64,000 nucleotides of DNA from Phycisphaerae bacterium (GTDB taxonomy: Bacteria; Planctomycetota; Phycisphaerae; SM23-33), in contig JAWLCQ010000004.1 in assembly GCA_041687095.1 (NCBI GenBank), positions 19,194 through 83,193 of the forward strand, written 5' to 3'. The notes beneath the pieces were generated by a model. The model searched no databases. It was not told the DNA's origin and saw only the letters and a program-made list of their open reading frames with translations. How positions within the stretch are numbered: the stretch's first letter is position 1; each line of letters starts with the position of its first letter. Both the position numbers and the translations under genes were made by a program. Positions 62,492 to 64,000 of this stretch are shown here, piece by piece.

Positions 62492-63697
62492 CTACATCCG
62501 GTCCAGCGTTCCCAGCGTCGGGTGCTGGTGGGGGAAAAGCACCTCGGTGAGGGCCCAGCCGTCGCCCGTGGGGCGCATGGAATTGGCCTCGAGGACCTCG
62601 TGCGGGTCGTCGGTGCCCAGGACCAGTTGGGCCACCCCGTGCCCCGCCGCCAGCGTGTGCTTCGTGCGCACCGGGTCGGTCACGCACACCGTCCCCCCGT
62701 CGATCCGCAGGCCCACCCTCTCACGCTCGTCGCTCACCAGCAGCGTCCCCGACCAGTCGTCCAGGTGCGACGCCTTCACGCGGCGGGACAGCTCGGGGGC
62801 GACGTGCTCCAGCGTCTGGCGGAGGTTGACCACGTGCATCATCGCCCCCCCGCTGCGGACGTAGTTGACCTTCGCCGTGCAGTTCCCGCGGCGGAGGCGG
62901 CGGCACAGGTCGCTCGCGTAGTGCAGGTCGCTGAAGGTCACCTCGCCCCAGCCGTTGTGCCTCGCCAGGCGATGCACCACGCGGAGCACCTGCTCCACGT
63001 CGCCCGCGTGATCGACGATCTCGCTGCCCTTGTTCACCACCCAGCCCGCCACCTTGCCCCCCGCGTCCGTCCACAGCAGGCCCTCCAGGCTGTGGTTGGG
63101 GAAGGGCACGCCGCGGAACGTCGGCCGGACGGCCGTGCCCGTGCGGACGCGGTTCTCGCGGTTGTACAGGGCCGCCAGGTCCTCGCGGTGCTTGACGGCG
63201 AACTTGCGGGTCCCCCGCTCGGGGGCCTCCGAGGGCAGGTGCGGGGTGGCGACGGTGTAGGTGGTCGCGTTCCACGCGCGGACGTACCCGAAGCGGTGGT
63301 AGAAGTCGTGGATGCCGTACAGCAGCGTCGCGTCGTAGCCCAGCGGGGCCATCGCCTCCATGCCCGCCTTCGCCGTCTCGGCCATCAGCCCGCGCTGGCG
63401 GTAGTCCCCGTGCGTCGCCACCGCCCCAATGCCCACCACGCGGATGGCCGCCGCCCCCACGCGCATGGCGAGGTCCCACGCGCCCCAGTGCGTCACGATC
63501 CGCCCGTCGAGGATCCCGATCCGCGACGCCTTCCAGTCGTAGTTCGCCCCCCCGAGGATGTACCCGCCCCGGCAGCGGTCGCGGAATGGATAGTACCCGT
63601 TGTGGGAGAAGACCTTGCACACCAGGTCGATCATCTCCTCGGCGTGCGCGTCGGGGTCCGGTGCGATCAGTTGCATCTGCTGCTCATGCTTCGCCAT
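62492..63697 (-). CDS. GNAT-family N-acetyltransferase, Eis-like (GNAT plus C-terminal SCP2-like region)
   Basis: Start at MAKHEQQMQ (ATG 63697) within track ORF 62492..63790. Acetyl-CoA-binding block HGDYRQRGLMAETAKAGMEA (R-x-x-G-x-A). Length and overall architecture resemble Eis. Confidence 0.65.
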   Translation of the reverse strand: MAKHEQQMQLIAPDPDAHAEEMIDLVCKVFSHNGYYPFRDRCRGGYILGGANYDWKASRIGILDGRIVTHWGAWDLAMRVGAAAIRVVGIGAVATHGDYRQRGLMAETAKAGMEAMAPLGYDATLLYGIHDFYHRFGYVRAWNATTYTVATPHLPSEAPERGTRKFAVKHREDLAALYNRENRVRTGTAVRPTFRGVPFPNHSLEGLLWTDAGGKVAGWVVNKGSEIVDHAGDVEQVLRVVHRLARHNGWGEVTFSDLHYASDLCRRLRRGNCTAKVNYVRSGGAMMHVVNLRQTLEHVAPELSRRVKASHLDDWSGTLLVSDERERVGLRIDGGTVCVTDPVRTKHTLAAGHGVAQLVLGTDDPHEVLEANSMRPTGDGWALTEVLFPHQHPTLGTLDRM

Positions 63698-63866
63698 GGG
63701 CGTCTCCGCAGTGGGGGAACGGTCACTTTCAGGATAGATCGGGCGGATCACCGCCCTGCAGGAGAAAAGATTCCCTGCGATCCGATTCAAAGTCCCCCCC
63801 TCCCCGTGCCGATACTCCCTATGTCCCGGAACGCTCCGGGACCTAGGCGCTGGTAAGGAGCCCGTC

Positions 63867-64000
63867 CATGTCCATGAAGGTGCTGGTCATCGATCCCGAT
63901 TGGCGGTTTGCGAAGCAGGCGGCGAAACACCTCGAGTCCCTGGCCCACCACGTGGTCACGGAAACCCACCGCACCGCGGCCCTGGGGCGGCTGGCCCATT
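63867..64000 (+). CDS. response-regulator receiver-domain protein, 5' partial (runs off window end)
   Basis: AAGGAG RBS, then MSMKVLVIDPDWRFAKQAAKHLESLAHHVVTE, a CheY-like beta1-alpha1 (KVLVIDPD acidic pocket). Only 44 codons are visible. Confidence 0.35.

Overview
The window is GC-rich (about 68-70% by eye) bacterial DNA. Its gene content points to a Planctomycetota-like genome, though this is not certain. The pointers are giant secreted multidomain proteins, a BatA-type 'N-terminal double-TM' protein in a MoxR-DUF58-VWA operon, sulfatase and FGE-domain genes, prenyltransferase-like repeat proteins, and an N-terminal 'LESLEPRLLL' motif on the giant protein. Real genes were separated from the many long GC-driven antisense ORFs using protein-family motifs, RBS placement and gene overlaps. 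From left to right the window contains: two tandem ilvB paralogs and ilvN; a nucleoside hydrolase; tRNA-Thr(CGU) with an adjacent integrase fragment; DAHP synthase; a secreted beta-helix protein; a Ser/Thr kinase fused to a non-catalytic FGE-like domain, with a pseudokinase neighbour; a GDSL hydrolase; an FAD oxidoreductase; a 14.5-kb gene for a roughly 4830-aa secreted mosaic protein (beta-helix lyase-like modules, heparinase-like module, Calx-beta arrays, C-terminal astacin/metzincin-type HExxHxxGxxHE motif); a six-gene minus-strand operon (moxR, DUF58, batA-like, VWA, a 1394-aa membrane/coiled-coil protein, a prenyltransferase-like repeat protein); a translationally coupled BlaI/BlaR1(M56)-like pair whose sensor carries a ~1100-aa extracytoplasmic domain, with candidate operator dyads; a U32-family protein plus SAM methyltransferase pair; two tandem paralogous small membrane proteins; an orphan AbrB/MazE-like gene; an SSS transporter; a signal-less sulfatase; an Eis-like GNAT; and a truncated response regulator. 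No CRISPR array, rRNA gene or intact transposase was seen. The most unusual non-coding content is a set of AT-rich 7-8 bp tandem repeat arrays and long imperfect palindromes at four intergenic loci (37184, 47767, 60504, 62178-62491). Other features of note are a REP-like hairpin family present at two loci, a recent 1.15-kb gene-conversion tract between the ilvB copies, and a G13 homopolymer that fuses the nucleoside-hydrolase ORF into the tRNA gene.
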